A stretch of DNA of 64,000 nucleotides from an uncultured Fibrobacterales bacterium. GTDB taxonomy: Bacteria; Fibrobacterota; Fibrobacteria; Fibrobacterales; CAWVXU01. Positions 11,105-21,362 of this stretch are shown piece after piece; positions within the stretch are counted from its first letter, which is position 1; each line of letters opens with the position of its first letter. The position numbers were made by a program, and so were the translations under genes. The DNA lies in assembly GCA_963934255.1 (NCBI GenBank), contig CAWVXU010000001.1:1-64000 (forward strand), read 5' to 3'. The notes under the pieces were generated by a model. The model was given only the letters and a program-made list of their open reading frames with translations. It did no database searches and was not told where the DNA came from.

Positions 11105-11135
11105 CAAAAAAGGCCTCCTGAAATAGGAAGCCTTT
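11105..11135 (-). terminator. Intrinsic terminator of rng/rne
   Basis: Minus strand AAAGGCTTCCT-ATTTC-AGGAGGCCTTTTTT. Confidence 0.75.
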
Positions 11136-11148
11136 AGTTTTAAACGTC

Positions 11149-12693
11149 TTAGTATTTAAACTGATACTTGTGAGTGATGTCATCACCCGACTTGGTATCA
11201 AACATATGGTACTCATTGATTTGAGCATTATCCCATTCGACAAGGTCAAGCTCTAAGCCGTACTTGTCTTCCATGTATTTGAAGTACTCGCCACGGTTTT
11301 CAACCATCATCTCAATAATAGGAGGAGGCAGTACCATGGTGATATTGCGATGTGTTCCGTCTTTTTGTGAACGAGCGAGCCAACGATCCATCTCAGAGAC
11401 GGTTGTCTCAATTGAATAAACAAATCCACGACCATGACAGGTAGGGCAAGAGTTCGTTTTTTCAGTCATTAAGTTCACGCGAACACGCTTACGAGTCACT
11501 TCCATGAGTCCAAATGGAGAGATAGGGACAAACGAGACCGGAGTCTTGTCTTTTCTTATCGACTTTTTGAATTCATTGTTAATCGTTTGGCGGTCTTCTT
11601 CTGATTCCATATCAATGAAGTCAATGATGATCAAGCCACCCATGTCGCGATAGCGCATTTGGCGAGCGAGCTCATGACAGGCATCAATATTAGTCTCTAA
11701 AATGTTCTTAGCTTGATTGCGGCCATGAACTTTAGGTCCAGTGTTGATGTCAATTGAAAGTAGTGCTTCAGTTTGCTCAATAACGAGTGATCCACCGCGT
11801 TTGAGTTTGACTGTTCTGTGGAGAGTTTTCTCATACTCGTCTTCGATACGGAAATGCTCAAATAGTGAGGTGTTGTCACTCCATAATTTGATACGGTCCA
11901 TCTTGTCCGGAGAAAGTACGCGAAGATAAGACTTCATCGCGCGGTATTCGACACGGTCATCGACATAGACAAAGTCAGTGCTATCTGAGAAGTAATCACG
12001 CAGTGTGGTCTCAGTTGAGTCCGACTCTTGGTATATTACAGAATAAGCCTCAGCTTCTTCAAACGCTGATTTGGTCATGGCCCATTTGGCTTCTAATGAG
12101 CGCATCTGTGATTCAATCTCGCGGTCAGACTCGCCGAGTCCGTTTGTGCGAACGATGTATCCCACGTCTTCAGATTTGATCTTGCGGACCAATGTTTTGA
12201 GCGCGCGGCGACGACTATGATCACGTTCTTTTTTGGAAACACCAATAAAGTCAGTTCCCGGCATACAGACTAAGAAGCGGCCAGGGAAAAGTATGTGAGT
12301 CGTGAGGCGCGCACCTTTGGTAGAAATTGGCTCTTTGGTGATCTGAACCATGATCTCTTGACCTTCTTTAAGGAGTTGGTCAATTGTCGGTTTAATGGAT
12401 CTAACACGAGATTTGTCATCGTCATCACCGAAGTCTTTGCGAAGTTGGATATTCCGGTCGATGACATCATCAACATGTAAAAATCCTGCTTTTTCGAGTC
12501 CCATGTCTATAAAGGCAGCTTGAAGTCCTGGTAGGACCTTTTGAACGACACCTTTGTAGATGTTACCCAAAACTCTTAGAGTTTCTTTTGATTCTACAAC
12601 TAATTCCATCAATTCGCCATTTTCCATCACAGCGATTCTTTTGTCATAAGGAGTTTTAGAAATCAAAATCTCACGTTTGTTGTGGTTTCTCAT
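11149..12693 (-). CDS. rng: Ribonuclease E/G family (RNase G length)
   Basis: GNIYKG S1 domain, KEPISTKGARLT, SIDINTG, GGLIIIDFIDM, CPTCHGRG. Confidence 0.92.
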   Translation of the reverse strand: MRNHNKREILISKTPYDKRIAVMENGELMELVVESKETLRVLGNIYKGVVQKVLPGLQAAFIDMGLEKAGFLHVDDVIDRNIQLRKDFGDDDDKSRVRSIKPTIDQLLKEGQEIMVQITKEPISTKGARLTTHILFPGRFLVCMPGTDFIGVSKKERDHSRRRALKTLVRKIKSEDVGYIVRTNGLGESDREIESQMRSLEAKWAMTKSAFEEAEAYSVIYQESDSTETTLRDYFSDSTDFVYVDDRVEYRAMKSYLRVLSPDKMDRIKLWSDNTSLFEHFRIEDEYEKTLHRTVKLKRGGSLVIEQTEALLSIDINTGPKVHGRNQAKNILETNIDACHELARQMRYRDMGGLIIIDFIDMESEEDRQTINNEFKKSIRKDKTPVSFVPISPFGLMEVTRKRVRVNLMTEKTNSCPTCHGRGFVYSIETTVSEMDRWLARSQKDGTHRNITMVLPPPIIEMMVENRGEYFKYMEDKYGLELDLVEWDNAQINEYHMFDTKSGDDITHKYQFKY

Positions 12694-12905
12694 TCAATAA
12701 ACTTTCTGTAAATTTTTAAAATTCACCTAGAAACCAACTAGAAAGGCCAAGTAGCCAAGTTGATTTGCTTAAAATAAAATATTCAACCTTCCAAATTCAA
12801 GATGAATCTGGATCGATGCAGAAAATATACACAATTTTGAGGGAAAAACTTGATTTGTACGAATATTGGTCCTGTGATAGGGAGTGAACAACTAGCGGGA
12901 TAATA

Positions 12906-13512
12906 ATGATGATGGAACGAATAATTGAAGTAGTTGATTCAGTTAGAAAAAATTGAGTGGTGGATTTTTATAAAAATCTAGCTCTCTCTATCTAGAGCAA
13001 TTCAAGCAGACTACATCATTGTCGGTAAGCTGGAGCCTAAGACTTTAGATGTCAATAGTGTGGCCTTTACTGTGGGCGCTGAAGCCTATGTTGGATTGCC
13101 TGTGTTAGATAATGAAGGCACTCCAGTCAGCATTTTGGTGGCACTTTATAAAACAGAGCTGACTTTTAAGGTATTGCGCGCCCAGCTCGACGCTGAGTTC
13201 GTTCGCCAGGATATGGACATTGCTATAGGTAAGATATTGGTTGTTGATGATCTTACTATAAATCGCTCAGTGTTGAAAGTGTCATTAACTAAGATGGGGA
13301 ATGGCTTAGAGGCTAGCGTGGCCATCCGCCAACTTGAAATGCAAGCTTCTATATTGCCTCATGCGATGATTGGAGTGTCTGTCCATGCCAATCGCAAGGA
13401 GTGTATTCATGCAGGTATGGATGAGCATATGGCAAAGCCCGTGAGAAGTGATGAGCTTCTCCTGACGATTGAATACTTAATGCAGGCCGCAAATAATCAA
13501 GAAATCGCCTGA
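12906..13512 (+). pseudogene. Collapsed remnant of a GAF-containing hybrid sensor/response regulator
   Basis: Fragments DFYKNLA/LSLSRAIQADYIIVGKL (frameshift in a CT repeat near 12982), GAEAYVGLPVLDNEGTPVSILVAL (GAF end), and KILVVDDLTINRSVLKVSLTKMG joined directly to NGLEASVAIRQLE...AGMDEHMAKPV. The receiver lacks the DxxMP phosphoacceptor strand. Confidence 0.7.
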
Positions 13513-13532
13513 TAAGTCAAATTTAACAATTT

Positions 13533-16500
13533 TTAAAAGACCATCTTGATTTGTATTTGATATTGCAAACGGCTTTCGATGAGCTCACGCTGATCGTCTT
13601 CTTGATTTTCAGAAGCGTCATATCTAGTGATATGGTGTTGGTACTCTAAAAATGCATCACCTGTAATTTTGTCCGTAAATCGGTAAGCTGCTGAAGGTCT
13701 AAATGTGTAACTTGTTCTATTGATCGGAGTTGTACGCTCAGGGTTTTCAGGGTCGTCTTGTTTGACTAAAAAGTCAGCTTCATAAACTGGGTGAGCCACT
13801 CCATTAATATCATAGGCATTACCTATGCTTGTTCCATCACCCAACAGTGGGTCATAGCTCGGAGCTCGGTATTCTTTGCGCCACTCTAAATTGTGTTCGT
13901 AGAAGAATTTAAGGTTAAACTGGATTGGATTTTTGAGTCTAAAGTACCAACCCCACAACCTAAAGCCTCTGTTGGTCGGCATATCATAGGCTATGTTGAG
14001 ATCATTGGAACGAGTTAAGCTACGAGATCGTATGAGCCCTGCAAATGTGTAGGGGGTCGGAGCCCAGTTAATAGGAAGTTGATCATATTGCGGATAGAAA
14101 TCTTGCGGTACAAATTGGATTCCATTTTCAGAGGCGTAATTTGAAAGTTCAGGATTGGCTTTTGGGTAATTCCAACCATGGACGACTTTCCAATTAAAGG
14201 AATTAGATATGCGAACACGTTTCTTCGTTGTTGCGCTAATTTTAATCAATGGCTCCCAAGAATAAGTTCGGTTGGTATAATCTTCATCATTTTGGAAGGG
14301 TCTTGAAATACGTTGGCGTTCAAAGGCAAACTTATGGTCTGTAGTAAATGAAGTAAAGTATTTTTTTAAGAATGAGTATTTAGGTGCAAAGTTCGGGACT
14401 CCGACGCCTACATTCCATTTGGGCCAGGTGAGTGTGGTATCAAGATAAAGTGGAGTTTCACGGTATTGTGCAAACTCTTGTTTCCAATAGATATTACTAC
14501 TAGCATTTAATTTGCCGTAGGGGATGGTAAACCGAGTCCCCATCTGGGCGTTACGAGTCACATTATGCATGTAGCTTAACTGATAAACTGTAGAGTCCAC
14601 ATTGTTACTTAAATATTGAGCAAAACCTCTGAAGTTTTGGCCGTTGTGATCCTTGCCATGAGTCTTACCCATATCTCCTGTTATGATATCAAGTCCATTG
14701 CGAAGGCCTGTGCCATCGCCCAGACCTAGGGCGTAAAGGTAATATTGGGCCGGTGTCACACCGATGCTATCTAGATGAGTGAGTGTATAGTCTTCGTTGA
14801 GATCTTTGACATTGACACTCCAACTAGAAGTGATTGAGTTCCAACGCCATTTTTTTAAGAGACTACTGATGCTACTTTTGGACTTGTTTTTACTGTCGAA
14901 AAGTTTGTTAATCTTAAGAGTCGGCCTAAATTCAAAAGTGTTGTCGCGCTGTAAAGTCCAGTAGTTGGTTTGCTGAGAGCTATATTCTGTTTGATCAAAA
15001 TTATCCGGGATGAACTTGGTATGGCTAAAGTTGGTTAAAAATCTCGTGCGCACTGTGAGGAAGTCAAACCATCTAGGATTGAAGGCGAGGGCAAAATTTT
15101 GAGAACGGCTGCGTTCATTGTGTAAGATGAAATAGTTACTTCCGAGCTTTGTTGAATTGGAGGCTAGGACTTGAGAAAGTGTATCAAACATAGGCAGACC
15201 ATTAACATCAAGCGAAGGCTGGCCATTGTTTTCTATTGGACTAATGAATGATTTGGTTTTGTAGGCAAAGTCTGAGGTGTCAAAGGCCCAAATCCGGTTC
15301 CAAGCAAGAAAGCCATGCTCGCTTTGGTCAAATAAATGTTGACTAGAGAAAGCTTCATGGTCGTCATCCATATCGCGACTAATGTTAGTCCCCATAGTAA
15401 GATTTAAGAAAGGAAAGATGTTCCAGTTTAAGTCAGCTTTATGTTGTAGATCCAGATTATAGTCTAAGATCTTAGGTAGAGTAAATTCTACATCTTCTAC
15501 ATTGCGTGGACGCAGAAGATTGCGATTAAAGTCAAGGTCAAAGACGGTGAAATCAAATTTCTCTGGCCAATATTGGAAAAAGCGACGCTCTTTGTTGAGT
15601 TGGCCTAAATTATAACCTAGCTCTGTACGGTAATTACGTACGGTGTCAGCAGCAAGGGCGTTACGGGTTCTACTCCAACTAAACCGGTAATTGAGGGTAG
15701 GGCGCTCAAAGATAAACTGCGAGCCCAGTTCAGTGAGCAAGTTGGCATTTTTGACGTGGCCTTTGGAATAGCGCCAAGACATCGTCCACATATCACGCCA
15801 ATTTTGATAACCTTTGGATTGAGGCTTAGCATCATAGCCAATGCCTTCGCGAAGTTCCTTCTCTTGAAGAGCATCGTTTATAGTTTGTTCATTCTCTAAA
15901 AATTCAGGAACTAGGTCCGTATAATCATCTTGAGTCAAACGAAGATCTGATTGAGGTTTGAGATAAGGCCGCTCTATTTGAGCTTGATAGGAGAGGCCAA
16001 ATGGCATCTTGACGTTAAAGTCTTCGGGCAAAAATTTATCTGTGGAAAATTGGAAATCAAATTGATGTCGTAGCGATGACTTGGCCTCAGAAAGACTCGG
16101 CAGTGGTGAGCCTATACCTGATTGAAGACTAGCAAAGTTTCCATCTTGATAATACATGTTACCAGAAAGAGACATCACATCGGCAAAGTCAAATTGAATC
16201 GATCCACGTCCTGCAGTACCCCAACCTGAACGAACTCCAGAAAGCCTCAAATCATTAATCCAGAAAATACCTCCAATGTCGTCTGTCTGAGGAAGCCCCT
16301 CATCGACATAAATAACAAAGCGCATCCAATTGACTCGAGAAAGTGAAGGATTACCGACGATACTAATCATCTCGGCGCGTTGATCATTAAAGCCTGCTTG
16401 GAGTGTGTCAGTTAAAATATCTGAAAATTCTCTATGCAAACTATCTAGGACTGAGTTGATGCTTCCTGTGACTGCTTGATATTTTTTGTTTTCCTGATTC

Positions 16501-19500
16501 CAGACCATTTGCACAGTGTCAACATTGCCGCCATTCCAGTTGGGTTGAAGTTTAAGCAGAGGCCAATTTTCCAAATTAAGGCTCATGGCATTGAAGTCCC
16601 AAACTTTTTGGTGACATGAAGAGTAGATGTTCTCTTGACTGAGTTTGGAGGCCGGGCAATTGTCTGCTGCTCTTGGTCTAAATGACCATTCATAATAATC
16701 TTGTGAGCCATTGAGGCCACCTTGGCCAAATTGAATTCCAAAGCGTACGTTCTCAGGAACATTACCAATTGAGTCTAGATGGATCTCCATTTTGAGTGTT
16801 TCATAAGATGTGAGATCTTTAATGTCTCCGTCAAAAAACCTTGTAACTGATACTTCTTGTCCTGGATGGAGTTTGCCATATTTCAAAACTAAAGATTGCT
16901 CGCGAAGTGATATGTCCGAGTTAGCTTCTTTCTCGACTTTGGTGCGAGGTGAAGGGACATAAGTATTAATGTCATCACGATTGTTGATTACTCGGACATC
17001 AATAAAATTGGAGTCAGGGTTTGCGCTACTATTAGAAAGATCGGTATATAAAGTATCATTGCCTAAGACACTAATCTGATAATTTTGATCTTGATTGTAC
17101 TCATAACCTTTGGAGCGAGCAGAAGCTTCCCATTGATTACCGACCACAGAAATTTTTGCAATTTGTGCTTTGACTTGCTCGACATTTTTAGGTAGGTCAC
17201 CTATCCACACTCTAGTATAGGCGATGTTTTGGATCAGAGTTTCATATTCGTCATTTTGGGCGCTGATGAGCTCGTGGTAATCTGACAAGGGGATTAAGTA
17301 GCGTCTCCAACCATTGGCCAAAATCTGAAATCCGATATTTTCGTTGAGATCAATTTTATATCGAATGAAATTATTCTCTTGATCTAGTGATCCATTACGA
17401 TTAAGATCTTCAGTGTCATAACCGTATTTGTCAGCCGCATTATTTTCTGTTCCATTAATGCGAGTATCTGGATCGGATGAATTTTTTTGAACTTCAAAAT
17501 TGTCTTGAGCTGGATCAATCGAGCCCTGCCCAACAGTTCGCTCAATGCTATTACACTCGGTATCTCTACAGGTCCAACTGAGTGCCGTCTCTGTTCCACT
17601 AGCTGTGGCACCATCAAGGCCGTCATCGTGTTTTTGTAAGTTGGTATAAGGGTCGCCCTCGGTATCTAGATTTAAATTTGGGGCTTGTCCATTAATTGAA
17701 ATGTCTTCTGATATTTCACCAATATCTATATAGAGAGAGCCTTGGTTGCCCTGAATGACAATATCAATATATTCGTGTTGAGACATGTCTCTATAGTAAT
17801 CAGAGTTAGCACGCATCACTCCTCCCCAAGAGTTGCCTTGGAGGTTATCGTTGGCTCGAAGTGTGAGTTTGAGTAATGAGATATATCGATTGGAAATTTC
17901 CGGGTCCTCGGCTGCACCATATATATATCTGAAGCGAGTTTCGTTATTGGAGTGCCAAATAAATTCACCTTTGTGTCTATAGTCAGTGAGTGGCTGATAA
18001 GTGTTGAGGTCCTGAGATTGCACTCCTCCAGGCGGACTCGAGGCAGTCCATGAATTTCGTCTGAGAGAAAATGGGAGTTCACGCTTGGATCCTTCAAAGT
18101 CTTCAAGAAGTGCATCACCTGCAGTGTTCGGATTGTGAAAGGACCATGCAAGCTCTGCATCGGTTTGCCATTTAGATTTGGTTTCAGAGTGGATAAAGGG
18201 AATCGCATTCACGAATTTGTCCATCCACTTGGCATTATCTAGCATACGTATGTTGGCACCTAAAAGTAGACTAGAAAAAGGCTCGTTACCAAATTGAGGA
18301 CGTTTAGAATCGGTGGTTTGATTTTTCCAAAGTGCGGTGGCGCCGATATGTGAACCCGAGTCAAGTGTGTTAAAGAAGTATTCTGCGCGAGCACCTAATA
18401 GAAATTTGTTTTCAATTTGAAATAATGGTTCACACTCGTAAGTGACTTTAATCTCTGAGTTGGGGTCTTTGGCGCGATCTGATAGAAGTTCAATTTGTCC
18501 TAGTTGGTAGAGGACTTCATAATCAATTCCCCGTTTAAGTGTAGTCGATCCAATTTTGAGTTTTTCGGAGCCAGGAGCGATATCTACACAGCCACCTGAA
18601 TTAACGCTATGAGAATCAGAAACACGAAGTGTGGTGTTTTTGCGTTTGGTCTTTCCTCTGAAGCTGTACTTGGATTGGATGCGATTAAAATTTCGAATTT
18701 TATCATCATATAATGCCCCGAGGCTTTTGTCTAAATTCCTCAAAGGCTCCAAACAATTTTGGCTGGCATTACTGACTTCACTCGAGAGGTAATTTTTGGT
18801 TGGACGACAAGGTAAAATCATCTCACCTGTTTGATCATCAAAAATTTCTGGATTTTCACGTAGGATTACACCAGTCGAATCCACAAGTCCTAAAGTTTTC
18901 ATATAGTCACCTTGTTGACTATTAATGTCCTCTAAGTAAAGTTGAAAGTTGGATTTGTTTGTTTCGGAGTAGCCCACGTTGTAGTGATTTCGAACCATTA
19001 AAGATTGCAAATCTGGTTCAACATTGGCTTTGTCTTTGATGACCATGACCGCGGTCCCGGTCTGCACACCATTATTGGGTCTTATTGCACCTGGCCTAAT
19101 GTCAGTGGGTAAATTAGTAATAGAGGATCGGTCAACGACGACTGCAATGAGTTGATCGCGTTTGGCGCTTCGAAGTGTAATATATCCACGGGGATGCCAG
19201 CTCCATTCCTTGTCTTCTAGTTTGCGAAGTCTTAAGTCTTTATATTTTTGTTCAAATGTTCCATCAATCTTTGGGATGTAACCGTTGATACCGAGTGCAA
19301 CATTGTCATCTTTACCCGGAGGCGCTTCGGTCCAAACTTCAAGACTTGATGGTTTGCGGAAGTTTGTTTTATCGCCGCGAAGGAGACTTCTAATGAGGTT
19401 ATTTTTGTGAGTATGATGCATGAAGTAATGCCTATATGCCACAAACTCTTTTTCACGAATAACGAAGTCAGTTTCTGAAGCTCCAGCATTGAGGTTGTAT

Positions 19501-20483
19501 TCTTCCTGAGAGCCACCCTCTTGTGAAGCGATTGTCGTGAGCCAAAGATCACCAAATTTGAATTTCGCTTTAATACCAAATAAGCCTTGATGCTCTTCGG
19601 CATAGCCCGTGAGCTCTGTACCAGGCAAAGAAAGCGATGTATTACCAGCTTCTACTTCTTGCAGTATGAAATCTTCGAACTCACCTTCGTAACATTCTTT
19701 ATAAGTCACTCGCAGGCGGTTTCGAATTCCAAAGCCCTCCTGATTGTCAATATTGAGGGTGATGTGACAGCCAACTGATCCGGTGACTTTGAAGTTGGAT
19801 TCGAAGTTGGGATTAAAACCCGGCCAAAGTGAGGTGGTTGCGGATGTTTTCTTGTTGGTCGTTTTGCCGACCCCGCCGACAGTCAGAAGCAAAGTACCTT
19901 CAATCTGAAGTTTCGGTCGTTCGAGCTTCATATCTCGCATCCATGCTGGGAGCTTAATGGGAATGTCAATATTAAATAAACTATCGCCATCGGCTACGGG
20001 GGACGTTTCTTGCCCGACAAGGCCATCAAGCCAGAGTTTTTTTAGTGCCATTTGGTTCATATCATAAGCGTAATCACCCATTTCGGAGTAATTTTGGGTC
20101 CAAATTCTAGTGGTGTCTTTGGTGCCTCGATTGATGTAGATTTTTTGAATTAATACTTCTCGGGTTTGAGTGTTGACCTTGAGGTCCGTTTTATATCGAT
20201 TTGAGTCAATATATAATGGCGTGGTCTTGGGGTCTTCCATTGCACCCTTGGGAAGAATGCTTTCTAGAGGGCGTGCATTTTCGGGTAATGGAAGCATTTG
20301 AAGACTCTGGTCAGGAAACTCATTATTTGACTCTGAATCTACCTGAGCCGACAACGGGCTTGATAAAATGGTGATTACAAAAAGATAAATAGCTAGACTC
20401 TGGCTTAGGTCTATGCTCGTAAAGCGTCCTTTGGCTAGTTGAAAAAGAGTATTTTTCATCAAAATTTCCATCATATCCGTCAC
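13533..20483 (-). CDS. sprA: SprA/Sov family type IX secretion translocon-like protein (exact start uncertain)
   Basis: 2316 aa; ILQEVEAGNTSLSLP, GLFGIKAKF, SLLLGAN, LLEDFEGS, WGGVMR, YDTEDLNRNGSLD, WINDLRLSG; beta-strand-rich C-terminus ending in F. Confidence 0.85.
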   Translation of the reverse strand: MTDMMEILMKNTLFQLAKGRFTSIDLSQSLAIYLFVITILSSPLSAQVDSESNNEFPDQSLQMLPLPENARPLESILPKGAMEDPKTTPLYIDSNRYKTDLKVNTQTREVLIQKIYINRGTKDTTRIWTQNYSEMGDYAYDMNQMALKKLWLDGLVGQETSPVADGDSLFNIDIPIKLPAWMRDMKLERPKLQIEGTLLLTVGGVGKTTNKKTSATTSLWPGFNPNFESNFKVTGSVGCHITLNIDNQEGFGIRNRLRVTYKECYEGEFEDFILQEVEAGNTSLSLPGTELTGYAEEHQGLFGIKAKFKFGDLWLTTIASQEGGSQEEYNLNAGASETDFVIREKEFVAYRHYFMHHTHKNNLIRSLLRGDKTNFRKPSSLEVWTEAPPGKDDNVALGINGYIPKIDGTFEQKYKDLRLRKLEDKEWSWHPRGYITLRSAKRDQLIAVVVDRSSITNLPTDIRPGAIRPNNGVQTGTAVMVIKDKANVEPDLQSLMVRNHYNVGYSETNKSNFQLYLEDINSQQGDYMKTLGLVDSTGVILRENPEIFDDQTGEMILPCRPTKNYLSSEVSNASQNCLEPLRNLDKSLGALYDDKIRNFNRIQSKYSFRGKTKRKNTTLRVSDSHSVNSGGCVDIAPGSEKLKIGSTTLKRGIDYEVLYQLGQIELLSDRAKDPNSEIKVTYECEPLFQIENKFLLGARAEYFFNTLDSGSHIGATALWKNQTTDSKRPQFGNEPFSSLLLGANIRMLDNAKWMDKFVNAIPFIHSETKSKWQTDAELAWSFHNPNTAGDALLEDFEGSKRELPFSLRRNSWTASSPPGGVQSQDLNTYQPLTDYRHKGEFIWHSNNETRFRYIYGAAEDPEISNRYISLLKLTLRANDNLQGNSWGGVMRANSDYYRDMSQHEYIDIVIQGNQGSLYIDIGEISEDISINGQAPNLNLDTEGDPYTNLQKHDDGLDGATASGTETALSWTCRDTECNSIERTVGQGSIDPAQDNFEVQKNSSDPDTRINGTENNAADKYGYDTEDLNRNGSLDQENNFIRYKIDLNENIGFQILANGWRRYLIPLSDYHELISAQNDEYETLIQNIAYTRVWIGDLPKNVEQVKAQIAKISVVGNQWEASARSKGYEYNQDQNYQISVLGNDTLYTDLSNSSANPDSNFIDVRVINNRDDINTYVPSPRTKVEKEANSDISLREQSLVLKYGKLHPGQEVSVTRFFDGDIKDLTSYETLKMEIHLDSIGNVPENVRFGIQFGQGGLNGSQDYYEWSFRPRAADNCPASKLSQENIYSSCHQKVWDFNAMSLNLENWPLLKLQPNWNGGNVDTVQMVWNQENKKYQAVTGSINSVLDSLHREFSDILTDTLQAGFNDQRAEMISIVGNPSLSRVNWMRFVIYVDEGLPQTDDIGGIFWINDLRLSGVRSGWGTAGRGSIQFDFADVMSLSGNMYYQDGNFASLQSGIGSPLPSLSEAKSSLRHQFDFQFSTDKFLPEDFNVKMPFGLSYQAQIERPYLKPQSDLRLTQDDYTDLVPEFLENEQTINDALQEKELREGIGYDAKPQSKGYQNWRDMWTMSWRYSKGHVKNANLLTELGSQFIFERPTLNYRFSWSRTRNALAADTVRNYRTELGYNLGQLNKERRFFQYWPEKFDFTVFDLDFNRNLLRPRNVEDVEFTLPKILDYNLDLQHKADLNWNIFPFLNLTMGTNISRDMDDDHEAFSSQHLFDQSEHGFLAWNRIWAFDTSDFAYKTKSFISPIENNGQPSLDVNGLPMFDTLSQVLASNSTKLGSNYFILHNERSRSQNFALAFNPRWFDFLTVRTRFLTNFSHTKFIPDNFDQTEYSSQQTNYWTLQRDNTFEFRPTLKINKLFDSKNKSKSSISSLLKKWRWNSITSSWSVNVKDLNEDYTLTHLDSIGVTPAQYYLYALGLGDGTGLRNGLDIITGDMGKTHGKDHNGQNFRGFAQYLSNNVDSTVYQLSYMHNVTRNAQMGTRFTIPYGKLNASSNIYWKQEFAQYRETPLYLDTTLTWPKWNVGVGVPNFAPKYSFLKKYFTSFTTDHKFAFERQRISRPFQNDEDYTNRTYSWEPLIKISATTKKRVRISNSFNWKVVHGWNYPKANPELSNYASENGIQFVPQDFYPQYDQLPINWAPTPYTFAGLIRSRSLTRSNDLNIAYDMPTNRGFRLWGWYFRLKNPIQFNLKFFYEHNLEWRKEYRAPSYDPLLGDGTSIGNAYDINGVAHPVYEADFLVKQDDPENPERTTPINRTSYTFRPSAAYRFTDKITGDAFLEYQHHITRYDASENQEDDQRELIESRLQYQIQIKMVF

Positions 20484-20542
20484 AAAATAGCAAAAACCTA
20501 TCTACTAGACGAATTTCTACATTTATCTGAAAGGAGAAACTT

Positions 20543-21358
20543 ATGGACCGCAATCGCAGACGAAAATTTGGACAAAATTTCTTGAATAATCAGGGGATTA
20601 TTGATGCTATCGCAGGTGATTTGCCTATTAAACCAGGTGATACTGTCCTAGAGGTTGGCCCTGGCCACGGTGCTTTGACTAAGTCCCTTCTCGCTCGCGG
20701 CGCTCATGTGACCTCCGTAGAAATTGACATCGAATGCATCAAATTTCTGAAGTTCAAAATAGAAGAGGAACACTTTAAGCTCATTCACGCTAATTTTATG
20801 GATTTTGATCTTGAGCCTTGGCTTGTTGCTAACCCCAATGCCTGGATTGTGGGTAATTTACCTTACAATATGGCCACACCGATTTTGATGAAAATCCTCC
20901 CTTTAGCTCACCTTTGTAAAGGGACTATGGCGATGGTTCAATACGAACCAGGCAAAAGACTTTGTGCACAACCGGGGACGAGAAATTTTGGTCATTTAAC
21001 TGTGATGCTACAATCTTATGCGACTTGTAATTTACTTCGCAAAGTAGAGCCTTTGAATTTTACCCCTATCCCTCGAGTGATGTCTGCGACGATTATGATT
21101 GAAGCCTTAGCTGTGGATCAGCGACGTGAAGTCAAGCCTGGGTTCTTCACATTCTTGGCGCAGTGCTTTGCACAAAAGCGTAAAAAAATGTACAACTCCT
21201 TAGAAACTATTTACCCTAAAGCGCTTGTTAAAAAAGCTTTGGCTGAACTTGAAATTGAAGAAGGAATTCGAGCAGAGCATGTGCATACCGCACAATTTTT
21301 TGATCTTTTTGACAAACTCGGTTTACCTGAAGTTCCTGAGAGTTTAAAAGTTAAATAA
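20543..21358 (+). CDS. rsmA: 16S rRNA adenine dimethyltransferase
   Basis: FGQNFL, VLEVGPGHGALT, VGNLPYNM; AAGGAG RBS. Confidence 0.95.
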   Translation: MDRNRRRKFGQNFLNNQGIIDAIAGDLPIKPGDTVLEVGPGHGALTKSLLARGAHVTSVEIDIECIKFLKFKIEEEHFKLIHANFMDFDLEPWLVANPNAWIVGNLPYNMATPILMKILPLAHLCKGTMAMVQYEPGKRLCAQPGTRNFGHLTVMLQSYATCNLLRKVEPLNFTPIPRVMSATIMIEALAVDQRREVKPGFFTFLAQCFAQKRKKMYNSLETIYPKALVKKALAELEIEEGIRAEHVHTAQFFDLFDKLGLPEVPESLKVK

Positions 21359-21362
21359 AGCC

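Noticed and set aside
12790..12812. Stem-loop in the rng/rne 5' region as an autoregulatory element
   Set aside because: One short hairpin with G-U pairs is not enough evidence without comparative data.
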